DNA of 64,000 nt, from IMG/VR virus record IMGVR_UViG_3300008111_000001; one strand, written 5' to 3'. This stretch comes from a virus. Positions 34,605-45,591 of the stretch are shown piece by piece. The notes under the pieces were generated by a model. That model worked only from the letters and a program-made list of their open reading frames with translations, did no database searches and was not told where the DNA came from. The position numbers and the translations under genes were made by a program. Position 1 is the stretch's first letter. The number at the start of each line of letters is the position of its first letter.

Positions 34605-36224
34605 ATGTCTTTTGATTTTGTAGAAAACTTTACATTACAGCTTCCTGACTTTTCAAAGTCAGATATAGATTTTTCAGAATCATTTAATTCCAGGCACGGT
34701 TTAATTATTGAAGTCGCCGCTATACATGAGGGCTTGACTGCTAATTATAACCATTATTCAGCTCTGGAGTTAGAAAAGGCTTTACAGTCTTGGGTTGAGC
34801 CCTATCCAAAGCCCATTATTCTCAATCATGATTTAAACACTGAGCCCATTGGCAGGGTAATGGCAGCTAAAATGGACAAAGAATCAGATGGAAGCGCTTT
34901 TGTCAGACTGCAAATAGCAATTACAGATCCCGTTGCAGCACAGAAAGTAATTGACAAAAGATATTTAACTGGTTCAGTTGGCGGAAGAGCTGCAAAAGCT
35001 GTTTGCAGCATTTCGGGTGACGATCTTGCTACTGAAGATGATTCCGGTCGCCCCCGTATGCCCAAGTTTAAGAGGGGTAAAGTTTACAAGGGCAAATTAG
35101 CATACATTGATATGCAAGATATTTCGTTTAAAGAGTATTCATTTGTGAATCAGCCAGCAGATCAAAAGTCTGGAGTTAGATCCACAAAGGTGCAAGATGG
35201 TAAGGCCGAAATCTCCGACTCTGATGGTTGGATCGCAAAGAGCGCTGCTTTTATTCTCAGTATGGATAATGAAGATATTATTTCAATTGAGGAAAATAGA
35301 TCAATTCTTTCAGATATGAAAAAGAAAGAATCGAAACCAATTTACTTACATTTAAAGGGCGCATTTTTGACTGCACTAGCCCTTCAGGAAAGTGAAAGTT
35401 ATATAAGTAATGCTAATTCATTACTATCCAATGAAGATTCTGAAAAAAATAATTCTGAGGAGACTCATAGCATGAAAGATGTTAATAAAGAAGAGGATAT
35501 CCTAGCTGTAGCCGAAGGGTTAAGCGAGGATCTTTCTAATATAGCAGCTTCTTCTTCCGAAGAGCCTTCAGACGCAGCTGATGAAAAAGTTGCCGAAGAG
35601 GCTTCAGAAGAAAAAGCCGAAGAGGTTTCAGAAGAGTCTGCTTCAACAGATTCAGAAGAAAAGAACTCAGCTGACGATTCAGAAGAGGCGGATGTACAGA
35701 CTGTAGATTCCGAAAATGCTGAAAAGCCAGAAGAGTCATCGGTTGAAACAACTGATGAGAATCAAGAAGAGGCCGAAGAGGTTGATCAGCTCAGCGATAA
35801 CAAAGAGGGCGTTGAGCAAGATGTCGATCCACTTAAGGCCAGAATTCAACTTCTTGAAGAAGAAAATGCAAAGCTCAAAGGCGCTCTGCATAGAACTTTG
35901 GTTGAAAGAGTTGTTGATACCAAGATTGGTTTAGGTTATGAGTCTGTTGATGATCGTGAAAAATTGATCGAAGAGCACGCTGCTCGTACAGCTTCATCGC
36001 TAGCCGATAGTCTCAGAGATTTGGCTAAGGCCCCAGCAAAGACTGGTAAAAGAGTCTCTAATTTTGCTGGCATGCCAGAAGTCACTTCTGAGGCAGAGGT
36101 AACTGAGTCTGAAGACAATGTTTTGACTTTGGATAAAGAGGAAGAAACCAGCAAGCCTGGTTCCTCTGTAGATTCTTTCGAACAGGTTCTAGTAGACGCC
36201 CTCATGGGCAGACGTAAACTTTAA
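34605..36224 (+). CDS. prohead protease fused to acidic scaffold
   Basis: IILNHD...PIGRV (His) and LTGSVGG (Ser) protease motifs; very acidic linker and C-terminal coiled coil. Confidence 0.8.
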   Translation: MSFDFVENFTLQLPDFSKSDIDFSESFNSRHGLIIEVAAIHEGLTANYNHYSALELEKALQSWVEPYPKPIILNHDLNTEPIGRVMAAKMDKESDGSAFVRLQIAITDPVAAQKVIDKRYLTGSVGGRAAKAVCSISGDDLATEDDSGRPRMPKFKRGKVYKGKLAYIDMQDISFKEYSFVNQPADQKSGVRSTKVQDGKAEISDSDGWIAKSAAFILSMDNEDIISIEENRSILSDMKKKESKPIYLHLKGAFLTALALQESESYISNANSLLSNEDSEKNNSEETHSMKDVNKEEDILAVAEGLSEDLSNIAASSSEEPSDAADEKVAEEASEEKAEEVSEESASTDSEEKNSADDSEEADVQTVDSENAEKPEESSVETTDENQEEAEEVDQLSDNKEGVEQDVDPLKARIQLLEEENAKLKGALHRTLVERVVDTKIGLGYESVDDREKLIEEHAARTASSLADSLRDLAKAPAKTGKRVSNFAGMPEVTSEAEVTESEDNVLTLDKEEETSKPGSSVDSFEQVLVDALMGRRKL

Positions 36225-36242
36225 TAATTAAGGAGATAAAAA

Positions 36243-37001
36243 ATGAGTTTAGCAAAGTTCCGCAAGGTTCATAGCAAAACAGGCGCTGGCCGGTTTGTTG
36301 TTTCTGAGGGCGTAGCCCCCAGTGCATACTTGCTTCCCCATCCTGGTTTGCCAACATGGTATCTAGACAGCGAAGATGATCGTTTCGAGATCGTCATTCC
36401 TAAGGGTACTATCCTTTCAGTGGTAGCCGACAGCAATGGCGATGCCCGGGTTGTACCAGCTAATGGTACAAGCTCAAACAAGAGCTGGGGCGACGTAATG
36501 CCTAGCTGGGACCCACAAGATGGCGCTACACCAACATCAACAAGCGGCTCAACCGATACCGTAACAGTATCAGCTCGCTCAATTCCAGTTGGTTGCGCAC
36601 AATATGATCTCTACAGACCATTTGATAAGGGCACATCGCAAGGTGCTGGCTTTATTACTCACGGCTATGTAGAGTATCCCATGGTTGCTGGCATTAATGA
36701 CGATGTAACAGTTGGGTCACTAATTCGTTCCGATTTCATGGGACGTCCAGTGGCTGCAGCTGCTGCCGATCTTCAGGACTATGCCTACCTCCAGGTCGGT
36801 AAGGTTATTGAGGTTGAGAAGTTTGCTACAAACTTCGATGACGGCCTCCTTAGCTACATGCAGCTCCCATCAGATCCAGGTGCACTAAAGACAGTATACG
36901 AACTTACTCGTAGCGGAAGCTACAGCGGTAAGCTCGGTATTCGTGCAAACCTAGATGTATACAATGTCATTGGTGCTTTCCGCGTCAATTTGACACTCTA
37001 A
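36243..37001 (+). CDS. capsid decoration/minor capsid protein
   Basis: Between scaffold and capsid; beta-rich; high-expression codon bias. Confidence 0.6.
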   Translation: MSLAKFRKVHSKTGAGRFVVSEGVAPSAYLLPHPGLPTWYLDSEDDRFEIVIPKGTILSVVADSNGDARVVPANGTSSNKSWGDVMPSWDPQDGATPTSTSGSTDTVTVSARSIPVGCAQYDLYRPFDKGTSQGAGFITHGYVEYPMVAGINDDVTVGSLIRSDFMGRPVAAAAADLQDYAYLQVGKVIEVEKFATNFDDGLLSYMQLPSDPGALKTVYELTRSGSYSGKLGIRANLDVYNVIGAFRVNLTL

Positions 37002-37034
37002 TCAAAACAATAACACAGGAGGAATATTCCTAAG

Positions 37035-38093
37035 ATGAGTAAGACAATCCAAGAGCTCCTCTCTGGTCTCCCAGCTTGGGAGGCTGCACTGACTGAGGAC
37101 GGGTATATCGATGCAGACAATAGAGTAACCATTAAGGAGGCTTTTGCTTCACCAGACGCAGCAGCCCTTTTCCCCAAGGTTCTCTCTCGTACGCTAAGAG
37201 AAGCAGCTGAGCCACAGCTTCTTGTGACCCCCCTGCTTTCCACTGTTCGTCTCGGTAAGGGGCGTTCTTTGGAGTTCCCAGCAGTCAATGCTATCCAAGC
37301 GGCTGAGATTCCAGAAGGCCAAGAATATCCAGAGCAAGCACTCGCCTTTGCAAAGCAGGTAGAGGGCAAAGTTTCAAAGAAGGGTGTAAAGCTAGCTTTC
37401 ACTGAGGAAGTAATCGCTGACTCACTTTGGGACATTGTCGGTCTACATGTTCGTGCAGCCGGACGTGCCATGGCTCGTTTAAAAGAGCAGATTGCTCTTA
37501 GCCGCTTCAAGGATGCAGCAACTATCGTTTTTGACAACGATAGCGGTTCATATGATGACACAACAGGTCTTGACATTAATGGCGCTGCCAATCAGACAAT
37601 TACCTGGGATGACATCGTGGACATGGCTGCTGTTCTCATGGCTGAAAATCATGTACCAACAGACTTTATTCTTCACCCCCTAATGTGGTCGGTATTCCTC
37701 AAGGATTCCATCTTCCATGCCGGTGGTGCAGCTTCTGGTGTTGGCACAAGTTGGGGATATCGTCCTCAGTCAGCTGAGGGTGCCCTTAATTCAACAGCTC
37801 CAATGGGACTAAATGTCCTTGTTTCACCATTCGTAAGCTTTACCGCTAAGAGTGGTGCAACTGCAGCTAAGTCAGACTTGTTCTTGATCGACCGTAACGA
37901 GGTAGGTACACTTCTCGTTAAGGACGACATGAGCACCGATCAGTTCGATGATCCAAGTCGCGACCTTCGTTCACTAAAGATGAAGGAGCGGTATGACATC
38001 GTAATGCTAGGTGACGGCGAAGGTATTACCGTAGCTAAGAACGTCAGACTCAGCCGTAACTATGAAGTACAGGTTACTAACGATATAGCCTGA
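37035..38093 (+). CDS. major capsid protein (HK97 fold)
   Basis: 352 aa; strong codon bias; IPEGQEYP E-loop-like segment and KKGVKLAFTEEVI backbone-helix pattern; followed by a strong terminator. Confidence 0.82.
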   Translation: MSKTIQELLSGLPAWEAALTEDGYIDADNRVTIKEAFASPDAAALFPKVLSRTLREAAEPQLLVTPLLSTVRLGKGRSLEFPAVNAIQAAEIPEGQEYPEQALAFAKQVEGKVSKKGVKLAFTEEVIADSLWDIVGLHVRAAGRAMARLKEQIALSRFKDAATIVFDNDSGSYDDTTGLDINGAANQTITWDDIVDMAAVLMAENHVPTDFILHPLMWSVFLKDSIFHAGGAASGVGTSWGYRPQSAEGALNSTAPMGLNVLVSPFVSFTAKSGATAAKSDLFLIDRNEVGTLLVKDDMSTDQFDDPSRDLRSLKMKERYDIVMLGDGEGITVAKNVRLSRNYEVQVTNDIA

Positions 38094-38138
38094 TAGAAAA
38101 CCTTAGGGTCGTTATAGTTACAAATTACCCTAAAGCTT

Positions 38139-38175
38139 GGGGGTGGTGGAGAAATCCGCCACCCCCTCTGCTTTT
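38139..38175 (+). terminator. intrinsic terminator after the capsid gene
   Basis: GGGGGTGG-TGGA-GAAA-TCCG-CCACCCCC then CTCTGCTTTT. Confidence 0.85.
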
Positions 38176-38190
38176 ATTGGATTTCTTTTA

Positions 38191-38205
38191 TTACTATTAA
38201 AATAG
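38191..38205 (+). promoter_or_regulatory. candidate late promoter TTACTATTAAAATAG
   Basis: Second identical copy, just after the capsid terminator; core 37 nt before GTG 38229. Confidence 0.6.
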
Positions 38206-38228
38206 GTTTTATTGATGGAGTGTGTTTA

Positions 38229-39002
38229 GTGAGCTTGTATTTAATAGACAACGCTACCGTAACTGTTAATACAGTTAATATTAAGTTTGGTAGAACAATA
38301 AAAATAGCTTCTTTAGTAAATGCTAACTTTACACTGTTTACCGACGCTGCTACACCGGTTCAAATTAGTTCTGCTTTTAGAACCATAAATACAATAACTG
38401 ATTATAATCAGATTAGTAGAACTTTAACGCTTTATTGGAACGTTGTTTTATCTTCTGGTTCAGATTATATTATTAAGGTAGCTAATTTAGTAGATTCCTC
38501 TGGCTTAACTGTTCCAGAGGAACAGATAAGCTTTACTAGCCAAACTAATTCTGCTACACCGTCTATTCTTCAAGAAACTCAAGGGACTGTTCTTAATGAG
38601 GTTCTAATTGAAGATAAATCAGTTAGGGTAGACATAGAAACCGGATATCAGATTCTGGCAAAAAATCCAGATTTTTATATTATTTCTACAGATCCTTCAA
38701 CGGGTAGCTTTTACTTAAATAATGATGAGAATAATGGACGAGTCACTATAAACTTTAGTTCACGTCCAGCATCAAACTTTTTGACCTCAAAATATTTTAA
38801 AGCTCAGAGAAAAAAAATACAGAAAACACCTTCTAGATGGGAGGCTGTAGACGCACAGGTGTCAATGCACTCATGGAGGGCTGATGTTTATGTGGACTTC
38901 CCATCTGACGACGCTACACCAGTTTATTCTACTGATGATAAAACATACTTTGAGTCTGGCTATAAGTATAGGGTTATTGTTTCTTCCGAAGTTGGTCCGT
39001 GA
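38229..39002 (+). CDS. Ig-like virion protein
   Basis: GTG start after GGAG; two beta-sandwich-like halves. Confidence 0.65.
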   Translation: MSLYLIDNATVTVNTVNIKFGRTIKIASLVNANFTLFTDAATPVQISSAFRTINTITDYNQISRTLTLYWNVVLSSGSDYIIKVANLVDSSGLTVPEEQISFTSQTNSATPSILQETQGTVLNEVLIEDKSVRVDIETGYQILAKNPDFYIISTDPSTGSFYLNNDENNGRVTINFSSRPASNFLTSKYFKAQRKKIQKTPSRWEAVDAQVSMHSWRADVYVDFPSDDATPVYSTDDKTYFESGYKYRVIVSSEVGP

Positions 39003-39412
39003 TGGCTAATGCACTGTACGCAAAAGCTAAAGAGGCCTTACTTGAGGGTTTATTGGATTTAACTGATAATAATATTAAAGTGGCATTAATAAAAAATACT
39101 TATTCTGTAAATTTAAATACTCATGAGTTTTTGTCAGATATATCAGGATCTGCTATCGCCGGATACTCAAATATTTTAACTGGCAAATCAACCTCTCTTG
39201 GCATCTTTGATGCAGAGAATATAACAATAGAGGATTATGGTAATTCTGGATTTTCTTATTTGGTTATATATAGAGATACCGGTACTGCAGCTACTTCTAG
39301 ATTAATTGCATACATTGATACGGCTACTGGCTTACCAGTTAACGCTACCGCAGATGTTATTTCAATTACGATAAATTGGAGTAATGATACTTATAAAATA
39401 TTTGGACTATAA
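39002..39412 (+). CDS. putative virion structural protein
   Basis: ATG overlaps the upstream TGA; MANALYAKAKEALL...FDAEN...WSND pattern. Confidence 0.65.
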   Translation: MANALYAKAKEALLEGLLDLTDNNIKVALIKNTYSVNLNTHEFLSDISGSAIAGYSNILTGKSTSLGIFDAENITIEDYGNSGFSYLVIYRDTGTAATSRLIAYIDTATGLPVNATADVISITINWSNDTYKIFGL

Positions 39413-39421
39413 AGGATATTT

Positions 39422-39760
39422 ATGACTACTTCATATCCCGGAACATTAGATAATTTTGTAAACCCAACCGCTACAGATAAGCTAAATTCTGCAACGGTAC
39501 CACATCATCAGCAGCACACGGATTTGAACGACGCTGTTGAGGCAATAGAGACGGTCCTTGGCTTAAGCCCAGCAGGCGCCCATTTGACAGTTAAAGACAG
39601 AATAATCGCAGCAGAATCTGCTATAGCTACTCAATCGGTTTTAAATGGTTTAACTGATGTTACTATATCAACAGCTAATCCTGGTGATGTTTTGCGTTAC
39701 AACGGCTCTGCCTGGGTAAATTATGGTGAAGAAAATCTTGTTGATGGAGGAAACTTTTAA
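39422..39760 (+). CDS. putative fibre-associated structural protein
   Basis: YP..LD...[16 protein letters not shown] trimer-like motif; [13 protein letters not shown]; ends in DGGNF. Confidence 0.65.
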   Translation: MTTSYPGTLDNFVNPTATDKLNSATVPHHQQHTDLNDAVEAIETVLGLSPAGAHLTVKDRIIAAESAIATQSVLNGLTDVTISTANPGDVLRYNGSAWVNYGEENLVDGGNF

Positions 39761-39762
39761 CA

Positions 39763-42243
39763 ATGGCTAATACAATTAGAATCAAAAGAAGGGCATCTGG
39801 AGGATCTGGAGCGCCGAGCAGCTTAGAGAACGCAGAACTGGCATTTAACGAGGTTAATGACGTACTCTATTATGGTGAGGGTACTGGTGGGGCAGGCGGT
39901 ACAGCTACCACCATACTTGCTATTGGTGGATCTGGTGCTTTTGTAACTCTATCAAGTGATCAGACAATTTCTGGAAATAAAACATTTTCTGGAACAGTAG
40001 CTTTAGGTTCTTCTGCTACTGCAACAACACAAAGTCCAGGAGACAATACTACCAAAGTCGCAACCACAGCTTATGTTGATTCAGCCATAACTGCATCTAC
40101 TTATACATTCACTTTAGCTGGAGACTCTGGAACCTCTCAAACTGTAGACGATAATGAAACTGCGACTATTGCCGGTGGAACCGGCCTATCTTCAGTTGCA
40201 TCATCGTCAAATACCATAACCTTAAATCTTGATGATACAGCAGTCACCCCGGGGTCATACGGGACAAGTACAGCCGTGGGTTCATTTACTGTTGATGCAC
40301 AGGGTAGATTGACTTCAGCTAGTAATACAAATATTAGAACAGCAACTAGCTCTGTAACCGGTTTAGCTTCTTTTGATTCTACAGACTTTACAGTTACAAG
40401 CGGAGCAGTTACGCTCAACGCTGAAAGAATTCAAGATATTGTTGGAGGAATGGTTTCCGACAATGTAGAGTCTGGAATAAGCGTATCTTATGACGATACA
40501 AATGGAAAATTAGATTTCAATGTAAATGATCCAACTATAACAATTGCAGGTGATGTAGACGGAAGCGCCACGATGACTAATCTTGGCAATACTACAATTA
40601 CAGTAACCCTTGATACAGTAAATGACGATGCAGGCACACATGGTTCTTCTACCGCAATTCCTGTTATTACAATTAATGAAAAAGGTTTAGTAACAAATGT
40701 TACAACAGCCTCAATTTCTACTACCCTTAATATTGCTGGTGACACTGGAACTCCTGATGGAGTAGCTCTTGCAAGTGATACTTTAACAATTTCTGGTGGA
40801 GAGGGAATAGATACAGCTGTAACTAATAACACTATTACAATTTCCGGAGAAGATGCAACAACTTCCAATAAAGGTATTGCATCTTTTAACTCAGATAGCT
40901 TTTCGGTTAGCTCTGGCGCAGTGTCAATTAAGTCAGGTGGTGTAAGCAATAGTCAGCTAGCTAATTCATCAATAACAATAGGAACCACAAGTACTTCATT
41001 GGGTTCAACAAGTTTAGCTTTAGCAGGGTTACAACAAATTGACATTGACAATATTCGTATTGATGGAAATACAATTTCTGCTACAGATACTAATGGAGGA
41101 ATTTCATTAGATCCAAATGGAACTGGTCATGTCTCGGTTAATAACGCAAGAATAGAAAACTTAGCAAATCCAGAAAATCCACAAGACGCAGCCACTAAAG
41201 CCTATGTCGATTCTGCAACTCAGGGATTGCACATTCATGCAACAGTAAAAGCGGCAACTGGAGCTACATTGGCCACAATTACAGGCGGATCTGTCACCTA
41301 TAGCAATGGTACAGATGGAGTTGGGGCTACTCTAACTTTGGGAACAGCACTTACTGCCCTGGATAATTATAACCTCCAAAATGGAGATAGAATTTTAGTT
41401 AAAAATCAGGCAACAGCAGCACATAACGGTATTTATACATGGGCAACTGGTGGCACAGTTTTAACAAGAGCTACTGACTTTGATTCAGCAGCAGAAATCG
41501 CCGGTGGTGACTTTGTATTCGTAGACAATGGTGATAATTATGGCAACACCGGTTGGGTTTGTGCTGATGAAGTCAATACAGTGGGCACCGATGCTGTAAA
41601 CTGGATCCAGTTCTCAGGTGCAGGAACCTATTTGGCTGGTACCGGTTTGGTATTAGATGGTTCTACTTTTAATATTAACTTGGCTACAAATAGTGGTTTG
41701 TTAATTACTTCAGATGAATTGCAAGTCAATAGCACAATAGCTGGCAATGGTTTAACTTTTTCCAATGGTGTTATAGCTGTTGGCGGTACTTCTGACAGAA
41801 TTTCAGTAACATCAGACGCAATTGATATTGCGTCAACTTATGTAGGTCAAAACAGCATAACCACACTTGGTACGATAACTTCTGGTACATGGAATGGCAC
41901 TACTATTGCAATAGCCAATGGCGGCACTGGCGCAACCAATACTACTGACGCAAGAGCAAATCTTGGGTTAGCTATTGGCACAAATGTCCAAGCATACGAT
42001 GCTGAGTTGGCTGCTATAGCAGGGTTAACATCTGCTGCAGATAAGTTGCCATACTTTACAGGAAGTGGCACCGCTGCCTTAGCTGACTTTACCTCATTTG
42101 GTCGCTCACTTGTTGATGATGCTGATGCATCAGCCGCTAGAACAACTCTGGGACTTGGAACTATAGCTACCCAGAATTCAAATAATGTTTCGATTACTGG
42201 TGGCTCAATAGACAATATAACTATAGACGGTGGGACCTTCTGA
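39763..42243 (+). CDS. Thr/Gly/Ser-rich tail fibre/whisker-like protein
   Basis: [10 protein letters not shown] start; repeated LAGDSG/IAGDTG and ATSSxxGxASF units; [11 protein letters not shown]; ends in DGGTF. Confidence 0.75.
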   Translation: MANTIRIKRRASGGSGAPSSLENAELAFNEVNDVLYYGEGTGGAGGTATTILAIGGSGAFVTLSSDQTISGNKTFSGTVALGSSATATTQSPGDNTTKVATTAYVDSAITASTYTFTLAGDSGTSQTVDDNETATIAGGTGLSSVASSSNTITLNLDDTAVTPGSYGTSTAVGSFTVDAQGRLTSASNTNIRTATSSVTGLASFDSTDFTVTSGAVTLNAERIQDIVGGMVSDNVESGISVSYDDTNGKLDFNVNDPTITIAGDVDGSATMTNLGNTTITVTLDTVNDDAGTHGSSTAIPVITINEKGLVTNVTTASISTTLNIAGDTGTPDGVALASDTLTISGGEGIDTAVTNNTITISGEDATTSNKGIASFNSDSFSVSSGAVSIKSGGVSNSQLANSSITIGTTSTSLGSTSLALAGLQQIDIDNIRIDGNTISATDTNGGISLDPNGTGHVSVNNARIENLANPENPQDAATKAYVDSATQGLHIHATVKAATGATLATITGGSVTYSNGTDGVGATLTLGTALTALDNYNLQNGDRILVKNQATAAHNGIYTWATGGTVLTRATDFDSAAEIAGGDFVFVDNGDNYGNTGWVCADEVNTVGTDAVNWIQFSGAGTYLAGTGLVLDGSTFNINLATNSGLLITSDELQVNSTIAGNGLTFSNGVIAVGGTSDRISVTSDAIDIASTYVGQNSITTLGTITSGTWNGTTIAIANGGTGATNTTDARANLGLAIGTNVQAYDAELAAIAGLTSAADKLPYFTGSGTAALADFTSFGRSLVDDADASAARTTLGLGTIATQNSNNVSITGGSIDNITIDGGTF

Positions 42244-42257
42244 TAGAAGGAATTTAA

Positions 42258-42710
42258 ATGAAATATGATGGTGATATAGCATATAATCAAGAGCATTATC
42301 AATATAATGGGTTATATGTAGTATCACCAGAGGCTTTTGGTTTAAGTCCTACATTTGGTAATTTAAATTTATTAAAAGTAATAGTCTTAAAGCCACCTTC
42401 TATAACAAGTACATTAGTTTTTGTTCCATCTCCCTCAGTAGTAATTCCAACCGGTGTTATAGAAAATTCGGAAACTTCTTCATCAATAGATTTTTCTGCA
42501 TTTGACGGATATGGTTCAATAGAGTTTGACAAAATCAATGCAGAAGCATATGCAATAGCAGGTTCTCAGGGAATCAATTCAGATAGCTCTGGTTATATAG
42601 CTATATCGGTAGATAAAAATGAATCCTATGCATTTGCTACTGCAGATACTATAGTTTTTGATAATAACTCTGCTGGCACAATAGATGTTACTATTATATC
42701 TAACGTATAA
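42258..42710 (+). CDS. putative structural protein
   Basis: ORF track; AGGA RBS. Confidence 0.65.
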   Translation: MKYDGDIAYNQEHYQYNGLYVVSPEAFGLSPTFGNLNLLKVIVLKPPSITSTLVFVPSPSVVIPTGVIENSETSSSIDFSAFDGYGSIEFDKINAEAYAIAGSQGINSDSSGYIAISVDKNESYAFATADTIVFDNNSAGTIDVTIISNV

Positions 42711-42726
42711 ATAAATAAGGGGTTTT

Positions 42727-43629
42727 ATGTCTACAGACAGAATTGTAATAAACGATACGGTTAGAATAACGGTTAAATTTAAAGATATAGACACTTCAGG
42801 TAATGAAGTGGACTTGTCACCGGTTCCCCCTGTAGCTGTTGTTATAAAAAATTCAGCAGGTACTACGGTAGAGTCAGGCAACGCTACAGCTAGCTCTTCT
42901 TCAGTTTATACATATGATTTTACTCCAGCTTCAGCAGACACATATTCTGTTAAATTTACTGGGATGTTAAGTAGTGGCAATTCGGTTGTAGTTGAACAAA
43001 AGCTATACGTTAGTTCTACAATTACGGAATATCAGCCGACCATCACCCTAAAGTCTGATGAAACAATTATTTTTGCCCCAGACGTTAAGCCCCTATACCT
43101 TGATCCAGAAGAACTTCTCGCATACTTTCCAGACGCTTCCCTATTAGAGATAGGGGAAATAATACATAATTATTCCAATGAAGTTAAGGCTTTATATAAC
43201 CTTCTTGATGAAGAAGATGGATCTGGTCTATCTTTTACTGTTTTAGAATATATAAAAGCAGCAACGGCTTGTGAGTTAAGCAGAACTTATGGCTTTGGTG
43301 GAGATGATGAAGTGTCAGTTCGACTCGGGGATTTCTCCCTCACCAACAGGTCCATGCCAAGAACAAAAGTTACCAGAGACAATGCCACAACATGGTGTCA
43401 GATAGCAGCCTCTCTAAGAAAAGAAATGCTAGCCGGCAAAGTCGGTCCTAGAGGTTTCCAGATGAAGAACTTGCCCAGCGGAGGGCTTCCTGTGACATCA
43501 GGAAAGATACCAGAAGTAGAAACCGGTAAAATAGTATATCTGTCAGACAGAGAGCTATACGGCCCAGGAAGAAGTGTCCCTCCTCACGACGACCCTATGC
43601 CAAGAAGAGGCTTTAAGAAGTATGATTGA
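42727..43629 (+). CDS. Ig-like domain fused to head-tail adaptor-like domain
   Basis: N-terminal beta-sandwich, helical C-terminal half (YIKAATACEL...VRLGDFSL); neck position. Confidence 0.55.
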   Translation: MSTDRIVINDTVRITVKFKDIDTSGNEVDLSPVPPVAVVIKNSAGTTVESGNATASSSSVYTYDFTPASADTYSVKFTGMLSSGNSVVVEQKLYVSSTITEYQPTITLKSDETIIFAPDVKPLYLDPEELLAYFPDASLLEIGEIIHNYSNEVKALYNLLDEEDGSGLSFTVLEYIKAATACELSRTYGFGGDDEVSVRLGDFSLTNRSMPRTKVTRDNATTWCQIAASLRKEMLAGKVGPRGFQMKNLPSGGLPVTSGKIPEVETGKIVYLSDRELYGPGRSVPPHDDPMPRRGFKKYD

Positions 43630-43993
43630 TATAAAAAGAAGTTTTAAAAAAGTCCTTCGAGAATGGGGCCATGATATCTACATGCAAAGGATATTGTCAA
43701 ATGGTAATCATTCAAATAAATTTGAAAGGGTTACAACTCGTCAAGTTGGTCAATCTGGCGTAACTAACTCTCTTTCAACCTCAGAAGCTCAGGATGGATT
43801 ATTCACAAAATATGACGCTGTATATTATTTTGAGGATCATATCAATCCAAAAGAGGGCGACAGGATATATGAAAATTTTTCTTTAAAAGTAAATAAAAAT
43901 TACACTATGTTCACTATAGATGCTGTTACTGCAGTAAGGGGGCGCATGGGTAAGATAGACTATTGGATCGTAGGCGCCACAAGAGAGAGATAA
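43622..43993 (+). CDS. head closure/stopper-like protein
   Basis: Start at ATG 43622; small beta-rich protein with PKEGDRI; neck position. Confidence 0.5.
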   Translation: MIDIKRSFKKVLREWGHDIYMQRILSNGNHSNKFERVTTRQVGQSGVTNSLSTSEAQDGLFTKYDAVYYFEDHINPKEGDRIYENFSLKVNKNYTMFTIDAVTAVRGRMGKIDYWIVGATRER

Positions 43994-43994
43994 A

Positions 43995-45590
43995 ATGATA
44001 GTTTTATCAAAAGGACAAACAGCAGAATTTAAATTTGTTTTTACTGATTATGATGGATCAATTTACGATCCCGGCAATCTATCTACTCCGGTAGATGTAG
44101 TAGTTTATGTTCTCAGAGGAGACACTGGTTCTGGGCCGGTTATTGATGGTCCATTTTCTTTATTATTAGATAACGCTAATGAAAATAATAATTCAATAAT
44201 TAGATCAGGTGTTGGCGAATACACTTTCACCTATAAAGTCCCTCAAAATCTATATGAATATGTTTATACGATAATAGCTAGAACAAGTAGCAATGTTCAA
44301 AACATAAACGCAACAGCAACTTTTCAGGTAAAAAATTCTACAAATGAAGTTTCATCAGTAACGATAACTTCACCAAAGTCTTCTGTCATAAACTATAAGC
44401 CAACTTATCAACAATTGGATAGAAGAAATACCAGTACAATACTATTACTGGGGCACGCAGATGGCATGCAATTGAATTATCCAATCCGAATTAACTCTAT
44501 TCAACACGCTGTTGATTTAATGGGGGCCAACACTAGTAGTCCCCTTTTAAGAGGGGTGCTGGATGCCTACTCATGTGGCGCTAGGGATATTATGATTTGC
44601 GCTGTTGCTCCAATGTCAGAGTATGTAGAAAGCTATGCTCAAAGAAATTTGTCAACAACAGTATTTTCTATCAACGACGCCACACCGGGCACCCAAAGTA
44701 CTTTTTATCAAAGATACTATGATCGATTGGCGCAAACGTATGAGGATATAATCGATTTGGATTTTGTTGATATTGTGGTACCTTTGGAGACTAGTATCAT
44801 GAATACTGGTGGGGTTGATTTTACTACTCAATTAGCAAATTATTGTTCGTCGTTTCACAATTCTACAGGTTTTGTTCAAATGGGAATTATTGGTTCAAGA
44901 TCAGACGGAATGAAGTCTTCAGATATAGATATATTGGAAGCTAATTCTTTATTTACTAATAAATTTACAACCTACTTAGATGGCCAAATAGCCTCAGACA
45001 AGGGTAGGTATGTGATACCTGTTTATGGAGAACTGGTATTCCAGCATCCGCAACTTAAGATAAGTTATACCTCAACTGTCGCTGCAGCATACGCCGGAAT
45101 GGTCGCCGCCAATCAACAGGCAAAAGCTTTAATTAGAACGAGAATACCCGGTGCCTTATCTATATTTGGCTCAGATTTAACCTATTCAGAATATGAAAGA
45201 CTAGAAGTCTTAGGTATTAATACGGTCTATAGAGGAAGAAAGACTAGAAGAGCTGTTCCCTTTGAAACCTATGTTACCAATGAGTATACTATGGCTAATC
45301 AGGACTCGGTTTTTAGTAAGCTATTTCAAATGAGACTGGTTACGGCAGTTGTAAGTGAAATAAAGGGAATAGCAGCATCTGGGCATGATTTACTCGGATT
45401 TGACAATATTATTGATGAGTCCAAAAAATATCTACAGTACTTAAAAGTTAATAAAGCCATATTAGATTATTCTTTTAACGCAAGATTTTCTGATTCGACA
45501 AAAGGTAAGTTAATTTTTGATATAGAATTAATATCATATTTTGCTATTAAGAAAATTAATTTTTCTTTAGCAGCTGGTCCAGGAGCTTAA
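43995..45590 (+). CDS. tail sheath-like protein, paralog 1 (with N-terminal Ig-like domain)
   Basis: C-terminal LEVLGINTV...RLVTAVVSEIK...I(ELIS)Y resembles the sheath C-terminal domain of 46568-47830. Confidence 0.6.
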   Translation: MIVLSKGQTAEFKFVFTDYDGSIYDPGNLSTPVDVVVYVLRGDTGSGPVIDGPFSLLLDNANENNNSIIRSGVGEYTFTYKVPQNLYEYVYTIIARTSSNVQNINATATFQVKNSTNEVSSVTITSPKSSVINYKPTYQQLDRRNTSTILLLGHADGMQLNYPIRINSIQHAVDLMGANTSSPLLRGVLDAYSCGARDIMICAVAPMSEYVESYAQRNLSTTVFSINDATPGTQSTFYQRYYDRLAQTYEDIIDLDFVDIVVPLETSIMNTGGVDFTTQLANYCSSFHNSTGFVQMGIIGSRSDGMKSSDIDILEANSLFTNKFTTYLDGQIASDKGRYVIPVYGELVFQHPQLKISYTSTVAAAYAGMVAANQQAKALIRTRIPGALSIFGSDLTYSEYERLEVLGINTVYRGRKTRRAVPFETYVTNEYTMANQDSVFSKLFQMRLVTAVVSEIKGIAASGHDLLGFDNIIDESKKYLQYLKVNKAILDYSFNARFSDSTKGKLIFDIELISYFAIKKINFSLAAGPGA

Positions 45591-45591
45591 C